Positions 1-9,434 of a DNA stretch of 64,000 bases are shown here, in pieces. Origin of the DNA: Candidatus Poribacteria bacterium (GTDB taxonomy: Bacteria; Poribacteria; WGA-4E; WGA-3G). A program made the translations under genes and the position numbers. The DNA is taken from NCBI GenBank assembly GCA_964291315.2, contig OZ219752.1, positions 160,001 through 224,000 on the forward strand, read 5' to 3'. Under the pieces are notes generated by a model. That model saw only the letters and a program-made list of their open reading frames with translations, was not told where the DNA came from and made no database searches. The stretch's first letter is position 1; each line of letters opens with the position of its first letter.

Positions 1-257
1 GCCTCAACTTCTTCGGGCTTGCCCCGGAAGACCAAGAAATTCGCGTGAACTTAGAGGAATTACACTACAGCGGTCACAAACTGATGGCATCTTGGGCGTT
101 CTCTCGTGCTAGTCTCGAAGAATCGCGGCAACTCCTCATCGAGAAAGCCCTCGACTTTGAACCGATCCTGACCGATCGATTTCCAATTGAACACGGCCTA
201 GCAGCATTCGATAATGCTGCTGCACAACGCGGTGTCAAGACTGTCGTACATCCATGA
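1..257 (+). CDS. C-terminal part of a zinc-binding (MDR-family) alcohol/sugar dehydrogenase; 5' end lies outside the window
   Basis: Frame is open from the window edge (LNFFGLAPEDQEIRVN...). Ending ...PILTDRFPIEHGLAAFD...GVKTVVHP matches the MDR C-terminus. Confidence 0.75.
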   Translation, partial: LNFFGLAPEDQEIRVNLEELHYSGHKLMASWAFSRASLEESRQLLIEKALDFEPILTDRFPIEHGLAAFDNAAAQRGVKTVVHP

Positions 258-321
258 TAGATATACCAATCATATGAAAGACAGCACATGAAAATAGCGA
301 AAACTAAATTACCTAACCTAT

Positions 322-385
322 TAACGGGAGTTTGAAAAATAATTGGCTGTTTTTTGTTCAAAGAGAATCTTTTTAGTATAATAAC
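322..385. mobile_element. MITE/IS end fragment (TAACGTGAGTTTGA family)
   Basis: TAACGGGAGTTTGAAAAATAATTGG...AAAGAGAATCTTTTTAGTATAATAA matches the copies at 7804 and 8304. Confidence 0.55.
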
Positions 386-416
386 GCGGATAGCGGTTAT
401 ATCTCCAAAAAGTCCG

Positions 417-554
417 TCAGGGAATGCCTCCTGCAGCAAGGTATAAACTGAGGTTACACAGTCCGGGGCAACAGGGGTCTGCTAGCGGAGTGTTGAAAAT
501 ACAAGGGTAGTTGGAACACTCCCAACATAGGAACTTTGAAAATTGTTTCGTCAA
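417..554 (-). CDS. Possible 45-aa Cys-rich small protein (or part of a decayed gene)
   Basis: GGAG lies 6 nt before TTG(554). Translation MTKQFSKFLCWECSNYPCIFNTPLADPCCPGLCNLSLYLAAGGIP. Below the ORF-track cutoff. Confidence 0.25.
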   Translation of the reverse strand: MTKQFSKFLCWECSNYPCIFNTPLADPCCPGLCNLSLYLAAGGIP

Positions 555-866
555 TATTTTCTCCACACTAACTAATGGTATATCCGTTCTCGGAAATAGG
601 TTCCACGTTGAACGGTTCTGAATTTTAGTAAGGACACGATGGACAAAGCCGCCGTAAAACGCTAACCTTTTTTATCTATGTTAAAGTATTAACATCCGTC
701 GGAAATAGCCGGAACTAAATCGATCTGTCTCTTTGATTTGACTTTGTTGCATTTTTGTAGTATCTTTAAATTGGACGTTACGACATTTTAGCCGAATTGT
801 AAACCCCGTATAAGGAGATACCAGTTTTCGGTGTGCCTCGTAGATACCGAAATTCACGCTAAAAAT

Positions 867-1706
867 ATGATTCTCGGTGCTCATGTATCCACGTCAGGAG
901 GCATACACAATGCCATCAAAAACGGGACCAACCTCAATTGTGAAGCAATACAGATTTTCCTGAGAAACCCAAATCAATGGCGAGGGAAAACACCTACTAA
1001 CGCTGTAAGTGAAAAGTTTCGAGCGGCGTGGACAGAAGCTGACATCTCTGATATAATCGTTCACGACATCCATCTCAGCAATCTCGCGTCTCCAAAACCG
1101 GATGTACTCGAAAAATCGAGACAAACCTTTCAGGCACAGATGGAACTTGCACAGACCCTTGGACTCCGCTACATCGTCACGCATCTCGGTGCACATCTTG
1201 GTGAGGGTGAGGGATTCGGACTAAAACGGTTGACTGAGAGTTTCGATCGGCTGTTCGAAAATGCCGAAGCACCGGAGGTTCTTGTTCTCCTCGAAACAAC
1301 CGCCGGACAAGGCACAAACCTCGGCTATCGTTTTGAACACATACGTGATGTGATTGGTATGTCGAAATATTCAGATCGGTTCGGTGTCTGTTTCGATACA
1401 TGTCATGTTTTCGCTGCCGGGTACGATATGCGAACCGAAGATAATTGTACCGCAACTTTCAGCCAATTTAATGATAAAGTCGGTTTAAACCGACTAAAAG
1501 CTTTTCATCTCAATGATGCGAAATCGACCTATAAGAGCCGGGTAGACCGCCATGAACACATCGGTGAAGGTAATATCGGCATATCAGCCTTCACTTATAT
1601 TCTCAATGATCCCCGCTTTACCAAAATCCCACTTATCATTGAAACACCAGAAATGAAAACCATGCATGAGGTCAACCTTTCAACGTTACGAAAACTAAAA
1701 GTGTGA
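867..1706 (+). CDS. nfo: Endonuclease IV (AP endonuclease)
   Basis: GAHVSTSGG, LLETTAGQG, CFDTCHVFAAGYD, HLNDAK, DRHEHIGEG and IIETP motifs. ATG at 867. Confidence 0.95.
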   Translation: MILGAHVSTSGGIHNAIKNGTNLNCEAIQIFLRNPNQWRGKTPTNAVSEKFRAAWTEADISDIIVHDIHLSNLASPKPDVLEKSRQTFQAQMELAQTLGLRYIVTHLGAHLGEGEGFGLKRLTESFDRLFENAEAPEVLVLLETTAGQGTNLGYRFEHIRDVIGMSKYSDRFGVCFDTCHVFAAGYDMRTEDNCTATFSQFNDKVGLNRLKAFHLNDAKSTYKSRVDRHEHIGEGNIGISAFTYILNDPRFTKIPLIIETPEMKTMHEVNLSTLRKLKV

Positions 1707-2017
1707 TCTACGAACTCCTAAGCAAACTGCCTGAATTCATTTCCGTAAACACATATATGACTTTAACTTCAGTTTTCTCTTACCATTATCGATGCTGCAA
1801 TAGAACGTCAACACTAAACTGCCCTGTTGGCAATTTCTTCAGAAGATTTGCAATTCTGGGAACCATGAGAATAGGAAAACACCGCTGATATAAGAAGGAC
1901 TACAAAGAAACGCTATCTTTCCAGCAACCAGTTTTTCGATAAAACGTAGCATGTGTTTGTTTTTTACGTGGTTCATGGAGGGAATATTATTGAGATTCCA
2001 ACATAAGGAATAGAATT

Positions 2018-2224
2018 ATGGCAAAAATGAAGTTAAAAATCAGCGGTATGTCCTGCGAGCACTGCGTCAAAACTGTAACCGATGCCTTAACGGAACTTCC
2101 GGGCGTTCGGCGCGCGAAAGTGAACCTGCGTAAAGGCGCAGCTGTCGTCCATTTCGATGAAGCTCGCGTTAACACTGAAAATTTCAGGGAAGCAATAGCG
2201 GTAACGGGATTTCGAATGCTTTAA
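2018..2224 (+). CDS. copZ: Heavy-metal-associated (CopZ-like) chaperone
   Basis: GMSCEHC HMA motif in a 68-aa protein; AAGGA RBS upstream. Confidence 0.88.
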   Translation: MAKMKLKISGMSCEHCVKTVTDALTELPGVRRAKVNLRKGAAVVHFDEARVNTENFREAIAVTGFRML

Positions 2225-2458
2225 TCTAGTGGTAATCCTTTACGTTCCTCTTAGTCAGTACATATCCGATGGAAAAGGTCATATTACCTCTCTGATTAGA
2301 CGAGTTTATAATTGCTTACGAGTAAACGATGTTAAGATTATGAGCGAATAAACACGAGAATGATCGTGGAGACACCCTAGAAACTGGCGGGCTTGAAATC
2401 CGAATAGTGCAATGACTACGGTTGCTGCCTAACACCAAAAAACCTTAAGATGTGACCT

Positions 2459-3748
2459 ATGGACACAGCAAAAATTCAGGTTAAAGCAGGCAATGGCGGA
2501 AACGGATGTATCAGTTTTCGCAGAGAGAAATTTGTTCCGCGTGGGGGACCCGATGGTGGCGATGGCGGGAACGGTGGGAATATCATCCTCGTCGCCACCC
2601 AAGGAATAAGCACGCTGATTGATCTACACCATAACCCGCGTCAGGTCGCTGAGAACGGGGGACACGGCTCGGGAAAACGACGCAGCGGTGCCGATGGTGC
2701 CGACCATTTGATTAAAGTTCCAGCCGGCACTATCATCAGAGATCAGGACACGCTGAAGATGCTTGCAGATCTGACGGAACCCGAGCAAACCGTTGTTGTT
2801 GCACGTGGTGGTATCGGTGGAAAGGGCAATGCTCGCTTTAAAAGCAGCACCTTCCAAGCACCGCGTGTCGCAGAGAGAGGAGAGCCCGGAGAAGAACGCG
2901 AGGTGCGGCTTGAGGTTAAACTCATTGCTGATGTTGGACTCGTCGGCTACCCCAACGCTGGTAAGTCGACGCTCCTTGCTCGAACCTCCGCTGCGACCCC
3001 GAAAATCGCCGCTTATCCGTTCACCACACTCCGGCCTAATTTAGGAGTTGTTCGCATCTCTCTAGAACAGAATTTTATCCTCGCCGATATTCCTGGACTG
3101 ATAGAAGGGGCACACAAGGGAGCAGGTTTAGGCCACCAATTTCTACGCCACATTGAGCGGACTAAGATGCTCATTCATGTTATCGACCTGAGTGCAGCAG
3201 ATGGAAGAGACCCTATTACTGATTACGAAAAACTAAACCAAGAGTTGAGACATTACAACGAACTACTAACGAAACTTCCACAAATTATTACCCTAAATAA
3301 GATAGATATGCCCGAAGCAAAGGCGAACCTAGCGCGTGTTCAGGAATACTTCGGTCAACAGAAAATCTTTCCTACCTCTGCGGTTACGGGTGAGGGGATT
3401 AATGTGCTCATGAAGCAGGCATACCGTTCCTTACAACACCTTGAAACGCGAGCTCGGAAGAAAGCGGAGACGACGAACACGGTTAACCTCGAACTACCAC
3501 CTGAGCCTGCAACACGGTTTGAACTCGTTAAAACCGGAGATAGATTTATCGTCAGCGGCACAGAAGCACAGCGTGCTGTCCTAATGACAGATATAGAAAA
3601 CGAACAAGCATTGATTTTGTTGCATCGGAAGTTGAAAAATATTGGAGTGATAAATGCCCTCGCGCGCGCAGGCGCGACGGAAGGGGACACAGTTAAGATT
3701 GATGAATTCGAGTTCACCTATAACCCAAGAACAGTGCAGTCCAAATGA
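2459..3748 (+). CDS. obgE: GTPase ObgE/CgtA with C-terminal OCT domain
   Basis: Gly-rich Obg domain (FRREKFVPRGGPDGGDGG), GYPNAGKST, DIPGLIEGA, NKID. Confidence 0.97.
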   Translation: MDTAKIQVKAGNGGNGCISFRREKFVPRGGPDGGDGGNGGNIILVATQGISTLIDLHHNPRQVAENGGHGSGKRRSGADGADHLIKVPAGTIIRDQDTLKMLADLTEPEQTVVVARGGIGGKGNARFKSSTFQAPRVAERGEPGEEREVRLEVKLIADVGLVGYPNAGKSTLLARTSAATPKIAAYPFTTLRPNLGVVRISLEQNFILADIPGLIEGAHKGAGLGHQFLRHIERTKMLIHVIDLSAADGRDPITDYEKLNQELRHYNELLTKLPQIITLNKIDMPEAKANLARVQEYFGQQKIFPTSAVTGEGINVLMKQAYRSLQHLETRARKKAETTNTVNLELPPEPATRFELVKTGDRFIVSGTEAQRAVLMTDIENEQALILLHRKLKNIGVINALARAGATEGDTVKIDEFEFTYNPRTVQSK

Positions 3749-4865
3749 GGCACGCGCCTGTCTGTCGCGCGTGAGACGCATCGTCGTGAAGGTCGGTAGC
3801 AGCACGATCACAGATGATGGTTACCTCAATGAAGTCGCTCTAGATGGGCTGGTCCACGATTTAGCCCTCATCAAAAAAAGTGGTATAGAGGTTATTCTCG
3901 TTACGTCGGGGGCAATCGCCGCGGGGTGGCCTCAACTCGGGCTGAAACAACGGCCCCGGACGCTCCCGCATTTACAAGCTGCCGCTGCTATTGGACAGAT
4001 TCGGTTGATGGCGGCATACGAAGAACGGTTCAGTAATTACGAACAGCACACCGCGCTTATGCTCCTCACACGCGACGACTTCTCGGACCGGAAGCGCTAC
4101 ACACGTATGAATGATACTCTTCGTACACTCCTCCACTTTGGCGCGATTCCGATAATCAATGAAAACGACACCGTTGCAATTGACGAAATTAAGGTCGGTG
4201 ATAACGATGCCCTCTCCGCTTACGTAACGAATCTTGCCCAAGCCGAACTCCTCGTTATCCTTTCTGATCAAGCAGGTCTTTACACTGCCGACCCGAGACA
4301 CAATCCGAACTCAGAATTCATTGACACCGTCAAGACAATTTCAGGAGAGATGCGGCAGGCCGCTGGTGAGGCTGGTACAACAAGCGGCACGGGCGGAATG
4401 GTGACAAAACTGCAAGCTGCTGACATTGTCACTGGATCTGGTGAAACGATGATCCTAGCATACGGGCGAGAACCGCTCGTCGTGACAAGACTCTTGAAGG
4501 GTGAGCCCCTCGGAACCCTCTTCCTCCCGCAATCACGTATCTCTGGACGAAAGCGATGGATAGCCTATTCTCGTCCTCCGAAAGGCAGACTTATTGTAGA
4601 TAATGGGGCGCAGAATGCCCTCGTGCAAGGCGGTAAAAGTCTACTTCCCGCCGGGATCCGACGCGTCGAAGGGAGTTTTGACTATAGCGATACCGTTTCG
4701 TGCCTCACGGAAAACGGCGTGGAATTTGCACGCGGCTTGGTAAATTATAACGCCCTAGAAACCACGAAACTCACAGGAAAACACACCAAAGAGATTGAAA
4801 AAATCCTCGGATACCGCGATTACGACGAAATCATACACCGAGATAATCTCGTACTACTTGATTAA
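3702..4865 (+). CDS. proB: Glutamate 5-kinase with PUA domain
   Basis: VVKVGSS, NENDTV, GDND, GTGGMVTKL and a C-terminal PUA domain (IIHRDNL). Start uncertain; overlaps the obgE end. Confidence 0.95.
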   Translation: MNSSSPITQEQCSPNEARACLSRVRRIVVKVGSSTITDDGYLNEVALDGLVHDLALIKKSGIEVILVTSGAIAAGWPQLGLKQRPRTLPHLQAAAAIGQIRLMAAYEERFSNYEQHTALMLLTRDDFSDRKRYTRMNDTLRTLLHFGAIPIINENDTVAIDEIKVGDNDALSAYVTNLAQAELLVILSDQAGLYTADPRHNPNSEFIDTVKTISGEMRQAAGEAGTTSGTGGMVTKLQAADIVTGSGETMILAYGREPLVVTRLLKGEPLGTLFLPQSRISGRKRWIAYSRPPKGRLIVDNGAQNALVQGGKSLLPAGIRRVEGSFDYSDTVSCLTENGVEFARGLVNYNALETTKLTGKHTKEIEKILGYRDYDEIIHRDNLVLLD

Positions 4866-4908
4866 CTTTCCGTTGTCCGATAATCCTAAGATCCTATAAA
4901 TCTTAATT

Positions 4909-5291
4909 TTAACTCAGCGTTGAAACAGTCCTCTGAAGGTGATACGGATAGCCCAACGGCAACCGATCGAAGTAATACAGATTGTCTTCAGGCCCACCGC
5001 CGCGCACAGACAGAATACCAACGAAATCGTTTAGAATCCCCACACTTGGTAAGCTGTTTAGCGCACGAACCGGAGCCCCGCCGCTCCCTATCGCACTCCG
5101 AATTGCCTGCCCCTAAAAATATAACGCGGTTTCTTTTTTTACCGTTCTGCTTCCGTCTCTATTCTGTGGAAGGTGTGAACTTCCTCTGATGCGTCGCTCT
5201 CTGCTGAAACTGACTTGACCGCGTCATCGTCGGCTTGCGTGAAGACATATAACACGCCTGTCAGCATGAAAAGGGTTCATATCTGTCTCAT
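4909..5291 (-). pseudogene. Degraded, truncated paralog of the adjacent TonB-dependent receptor (signal peptide plus plug only)
   Basis: MRQI*TLFMLTGVLYVFTQAD..., further stops and a frameshift, then GSGGAPVRALNSLPSVGILNDFVGILSVRGGGPEDNLYYFDRLPLGYPYH. This aligns to GTAGDALRALPAIPGIGVANDFTGELYIRGGSDDDNLYYFDRVPVGYPYH of the upstream receptor. Confidence 0.85.
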
Positions 5292-5313
5292 GTTCTCACC
5301 CTATAAAGAATGA

Positions 5314-7560
5314 TTAAAATTCTGCTGTAATCCCTAAATAAGGAAGGATGGGAAACTGATTGATGTCCTCTCTTCTTTCACGGCAGTTCTCTGCTGTCAG
5401 ACAATCATCGGGGTAATCGAAATCGAGCAAGTTGGCACGGTTATAGGTGTTCAGGAGTTCGAGGAACGTTCCGAGCTTCCAACTGCCGAATTCGAAGGTT
5501 TTACTGATGCGTAGATCCAACCTATGATAGGATGGCAACCGGTCTGAATTGGTTTCTGCGTAAATGGGGATAAAGAGCGACTGTCCGTCTCGCGGGTCGA
5601 TCTGCTGCGTCGCACCTTCACGTGGCGTATACGGGTTCCCTGTTCGATACTGCCACTTTGCACCGAATTCCAAAGTTGGCGTGAGGTTATAACTTGCGGC
5701 GATTGTAGCGACGTGGGTCTGATCAGATGAATAGAGGCGATATGGCTCCCCCGGACGATAGCGGCGTTCAGAGATGGCGTACGCATAGGAGACCCAACCG
5801 AAAAACCGTTCCCCGCTGCGATGCCGTAGAAACACCTCGGCACCTTGCGCGTAACCCGTGCCTTGATTGAGATATGCATCTTCTTCGTCAGCAGTCACTA
5901 AACCTCTTAAGTCTTTGTAATAACCGGCGATTTTGATCTCTGTATCTTGCGAAAGCTGCCGTTTAAGTTCGAGAACATAGTGACTCGCCCGACTAGACTT
6001 CAAATCTGGGTTTCCTAAATTTGGTGATAGGAATAACGTTGGTAGTGGTGTCTGATTGTAAATTCCGTAAGCAAATTGAAGATCGGTGGCATTTGGGAGT
6101 TCCACTAGCACGCTCCCGCGCGGTTGGATAGAAAGTTGATCAATACGGCTGAAGTAATCGAAACGGAGCCCAAACACAACCGATAGGAACGGCAACACTG
6201 TATACCTGTCCTGCAGGTAACCTTCGAGGCGCCGCCCGAGTGCAGACTCATCTAAAGGCACCTTTTCCTCAAGTCTGATATCAAAGTTGACATCGCTATC
6301 ATCGGGGATCCGTATGGAAGTACCAGTCACCTGTTCTGGCTCAAGTCCAAGAATTAGTCCTGATTCCAAGCGATGCACTGTGTTCAGCTCATATGTAACG
6401 TCTTCGCGGAGGGTATAAACGGGGGCATCAATCTTCAGGGCAAGGGTTGAGCCAACATTGATATCAAACAAGAAATCCGAACGGGTTAAGGATAAAAACG
6501 AGGTGAGTCGATCTGTGAATGCCGACCGGAGATGGATGCCCGCCCCTTCGAAACCGCTCTCAAAACTGGTATTCCCTCTAAAATCTACGTCTACGTCTTC
6601 ACCATCCAGCTTCAGTGCAAACCGGTCCCCTGAGGCGAAGAGATTAAAGAAGAGTTGATGCCTTTCGTTCAGATCGTATCCGGCCTTGAGTTGGTAATCC
6701 CAGAAACGCGGAAAAGCAGTGATGGCACCCTCGTCAAAAGACAATGATCCAATGAAGAGGTCGAGGTAACTCCTGCGGCCCGCGGCATACCAGAACCCAT
6801 TTTTACCAATCTTACCTTGCAGGAGCCCCTCTGAATAGAGAAGGTTGAGATTAAATTTTCCGTGCAGATCCGCGGGGCTATCGCGCTGTGAATAGATGTC
6901 AATCACGGCTTGAGAATCCACGCCATACTCAGCGCCATAGCCCCCGGCGTAGACATCAATTCGATCGATGATTTCGGAACTTAAGGACGAGACGATCCCA
7001 CCAAAATGGTAAGGGTAACCGACGGGGACTCTGTCGAAATAGTAAAGATTATCGTCATCAGAACCGCCACGGATATACAGCTCGCCCGTGAAGTCGTTTG
7101 CGACGCCGATCCCGGGAATAGCTGGAAGTGCGCGGAGTGCGTCGCCCGCTGTGCCCGGCAGGCGTGTAATTTCTTGGGCTTGGATGCTCTTCTTGCTGAC
7201 AGTCTTAGGGGCACGCTCCCCGGTTACCTCGACTTCTTCAAGACGGTATTCGGCTGTTCCGAGGTAAATCTCGGGTTTGACGGTTTCTCCTGCGACGATC
7301 ATAACTAGGGTCTGCTGGGTTAATTGAGTATTGGGTTGGGTTGTAATCAAGGTGCAAATGCCTTCTGGGACGGCATTGAAAACGAACTTTCCATTCTCAT
7401 CTGTTGTTTGACGTTCATCGGTTTGAACAATTCTGACCTCTACGCCTGCTAATGGTTTCTGTGTGGTACTATCGTAAACGATTCCTTCAATTGTTCCTGT
7501 CTGGGAAAAAGCAGCACTCGGGACGAACAGGAGTATTAGTATGCAGAGAAATATTTTCAT
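5314..7560 (-). CDS. TonB-dependent outer-membrane receptor with N-terminal carboxypeptidase-regulatory-like domain
   Basis: Signal peptide, GTIEGIVYDS...PLAGV N-domain, plug motif (IRGG...N.YYFD; IDRIDVYAGG), beta-barrel ending in F. Confidence 0.93.
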   Translation of the reverse strand: MKIFLCILILLFVPSAAFSQTGTIEGIVYDSTTQKPLAGVEVRIVQTDERQTTDENGKFVFNAVPEGICTLITTQPNTQLTQQTLVMIVAGETVKPEIYLGTAEYRLEEVEVTGERAPKTVSKKSIQAQEITRLPGTAGDALRALPAIPGIGVANDFTGELYIRGGSDDDNLYYFDRVPVGYPYHFGGIVSSLSSEIIDRIDVYAGGYGAEYGVDSQAVIDIYSQRDSPADLHGKFNLNLLYSEGLLQGKIGKNGFWYAAGRRSYLDLFIGSLSFDEGAITAFPRFWDYQLKAGYDLNERHQLFFNLFASGDRFALKLDGEDVDVDFRGNTSFESGFEGAGIHLRSAFTDRLTSFLSLTRSDFLFDINVGSTLALKIDAPVYTLREDVTYELNTVHRLESGLILGLEPEQVTGTSIRIPDDSDVNFDIRLEEKVPLDESALGRRLEGYLQDRYTVLPFLSVVFGLRFDYFSRIDQLSIQPRGSVLVELPNATDLQFAYGIYNQTPLPTLFLSPNLGNPDLKSSRASHYVLELKRQLSQDTEIKIAGYYKDLRGLVTADEEDAYLNQGTGYAQGAEVFLRHRSGERFFGWVSYAYAISERRYRPGEPYRLYSSDQTHVATIAASYNLTPTLEFGAKWQYRTGNPYTPREGATQQIDPRDGQSLFIPIYAETNSDRLPSYHRLDLRISKTFEFGSWKLGTFLELLNTYNRANLLDFDYPDDCLTAENCRERREDINQFPILPYLGITAEF

Positions 7561-7672
7561 AAGATTTAGCAACCTTTCTTAACTATATGTAGAAAAACGG
7601 TATCTGACGTATACAAACGTTAGCAGCCAGCAAAATGTTTGCGTGAAGCTGGCAATTACTTTTTTGGTATTT

Positions 7673-7900
7673 TAACGTGAGTTTGAAAAAAATTAGAGAT
7701 CCAAAAAGCATAGGGAACTCCGTTGAATGAAAGAAATTGAAGCTGACTATCCTATTTTCGGAACTATATTCTACTTGCTTTATTAGCAATACAATGCTAT
7801 AATTAACCTGAGTTTGATAATAGCTCTGTGTTTTCTTTGCCCAAACATAACCCTTTTAGTATAATAAGGTTAGAACGTTTTCACTAAGAGAAGTTCTCTA
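7673..7900. mobile_element. Two adjacent MITE/IS end fragments
   Basis: TAACGTGAGTTTGAAAAAAATTAG at 7673 is similar over about 60 nt to 39674. TAACCTGAGTTTGATAA...TTTTAGTATAATAA starts at 7804. Confidence 0.6.
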
Positions 7901-8303
7901 ATCTGTATTGTATTACTTTTCTGTGAGATGCGTATAATCGCTTGCTATTCGGGAAAGCGGCAAGCAGGCGCGAAGCAGATAGATAGGTGGAGCGCGGATG
8001 TGCTTTGGGGTAAATGGATAATCACTTGCTGTGTGTGAAGATAAAGGGGGGGGGTGAACTGCCTAAAAAGCAACAAAACAGCAGGTCTTACTAGATACGA
8101 AAACCGACGAATAGGGGCATTGGTGCTAAATAACACCGACGTTTCGGATAGAGGCTTGGTATACAGATTTTTCATGCGTCTCATTGATTAATTAACTGTG
8201 ATACGGTTAACGAAACCTATTAATTTTGCCTTGAGATTATCTGCTTTCACAGTTTGCATTTTAATTATACTTTAGATTGTTAAATATGTCAAGGACTTTA
8301 TTT

Positions 8304-8425
8304 TAATGTGGATTTCATAAATAACTCCGTGTTCTCTTTCTCCAAAGAGAACTCCTTTAGTATAATAATAAGGCAATGATTCACCAAGCATCCCTAAAAC
8401 CTAATTTTTTTTCAAACTCACGTTA
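8304..8425. mobile_element. About 120-bp MITE
   Basis: Left end TAATGTGGATTTCATAAATA, internal TTTAGTATAATAA, right end TTTTTTCAAACTCACGTTA. Confidence 0.65.
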
Positions 8426-8501
8426 TAATTAACTAAAATTCCCAGCACTCAGCTGCAATCTGTAATGTCCAACAAGCACCCCTTCGGGACGAGTATAAAA
8501 T

Positions 8502-9434
8502 ATGGTGAAACAACAAAAAGTTATAGAAAGGTTCTGGTCTGTTAAACAGATACATATCTTCCGTGACCTTTCCGAAGCAGATGTGAACGTCCTTGAACAA
8601 CTAACAACCTTCAGACGATTAACCAATGGAGAACAGCTCTGCGTCGAGGGTGTTTATTTGCTCAAAGAAGGCCGCGTCAAGATATATGAAACACCGCCTG
8701 AAGGCGAACCTGTTTCTCTTGAAGTACTGGAACCCGGTGAAATGTTTGGGGCAGTTCAATGGAAAGAAGATAAAGCACATCCCAATGTCGTTGCCGAGAC
8801 GCTTACCGAAGTTGTTGTCGGTATCGTCAATGTCAAGAACTTCCAGTTTTTTCTGAAGCGAAAACCACATTTAACGATGCCGCCACAGAAGCCGTTGACG
8901 CGCTATATCCAGCATTATCTCCATAGATGGGACGCTGGCAAGAACCTGATTCGAAAAGCAAAAAGGGACCGGAAGGACAAATTGACTTTCTCCTCATTCT
9001 TTCATTCTTTTACATCTCCAGTTTCACCTTTTGCTATAACAGAAGCGGAAAGACTTGCGAATCCATTTTTAAACATTGTGTTTCGGAGTCCAGCATCGCG
9101 ACTCGCCCTTCTGCTACAAAATTACGCTGATGCACCGAAGCACAATCGCTCCCTGATAGGACGTAGGGCACAGCGCACCTTACACAAACTGTCCACAAAA
9201 AAAATATCTCGATTAATCGGTAGTTCTGTTGAAAAAACAGAAACACTTCTCAACACCTTTAAACAGCACAAGATCGTTGAGAAACGTTTCCGGCGGATTC
9301 ACATACTTAATCCGTGGCAATTAAAAAAGATTGCCAACGCTAGAATGGAAACCTTATCACAAATCCAAAAGAAGAATGAAACTTATGAGCAAAACGAACC
9401 CCTATTTGCAGATCGACCGGCAGATGGTCGGTGA
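8502..9434 (+). CDS. Crp/Fnr-family transcriptional regulator (atypical)
   Basis: IFRDLSEAD, VYLLKEGRVKIY...LEPGEMFG cNMP-like domain, RLALLL helix and a C-terminal winged HTH (ISRLIGSSVEKTETLLNTF). Confidence 0.8.
   Translation: MVKQQKVIERFWSVKQIHIFRDLSEADVNVLEQLTTFRRLTNGEQLCVEGVYLLKEGRVKIYETPPEGEPVSLEVLEPGEMFGAVQWKEDKAHPNVVAETLTEVVVGIVNVKNFQFFLKRKPHLTMPPQKPLTRYIQHYLHRWDAGKNLIRKAKRDRKDKLTFSSFFHSFTSPVSPFAITEAERLANPFLNIVFRSPASRLALLLQNYADAPKHNRSLIGRRAQRTLHKLSTKKISRLIGSSVEKTETLLNTFKQHKIVEKRFRRIHILNPWQLKKIANARMETLSQIQKKNETYEQNEPLFADRPADGR

Noticed and set aside
410-540. Cobalamin riboswitch or omega-RNA-like element
   Set aside because: Only a superficial resemblance; the conserved boxes could not be placed, and there is no IscB/TnpB.
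417-554. SCIFF/ranthipeptide precursor (six Cys in 45 aa)
   Set aside because: The Cys spacing does not match SCIFF, and there is no radical SAM gene nearby.
1703-1960. 61-aa ORF or WD40-like remnant after nfo
   Set aside because: Similarity is too weak, and there is no credible RBS.
7945-8184. 79-aa minus-strand ORF
   Set aside because: No recognisable motif, and it lies among MITE fragments. It cannot be supported.
7673-8425. Single 750-bp IS bounded by near-perfect inverted ends at 7673 and 8425
   Set aside because: No transposase-like frame inside, the flanks do not form a target duplication, and extra ends at 7804 and 8304 fit several small MITEs better.
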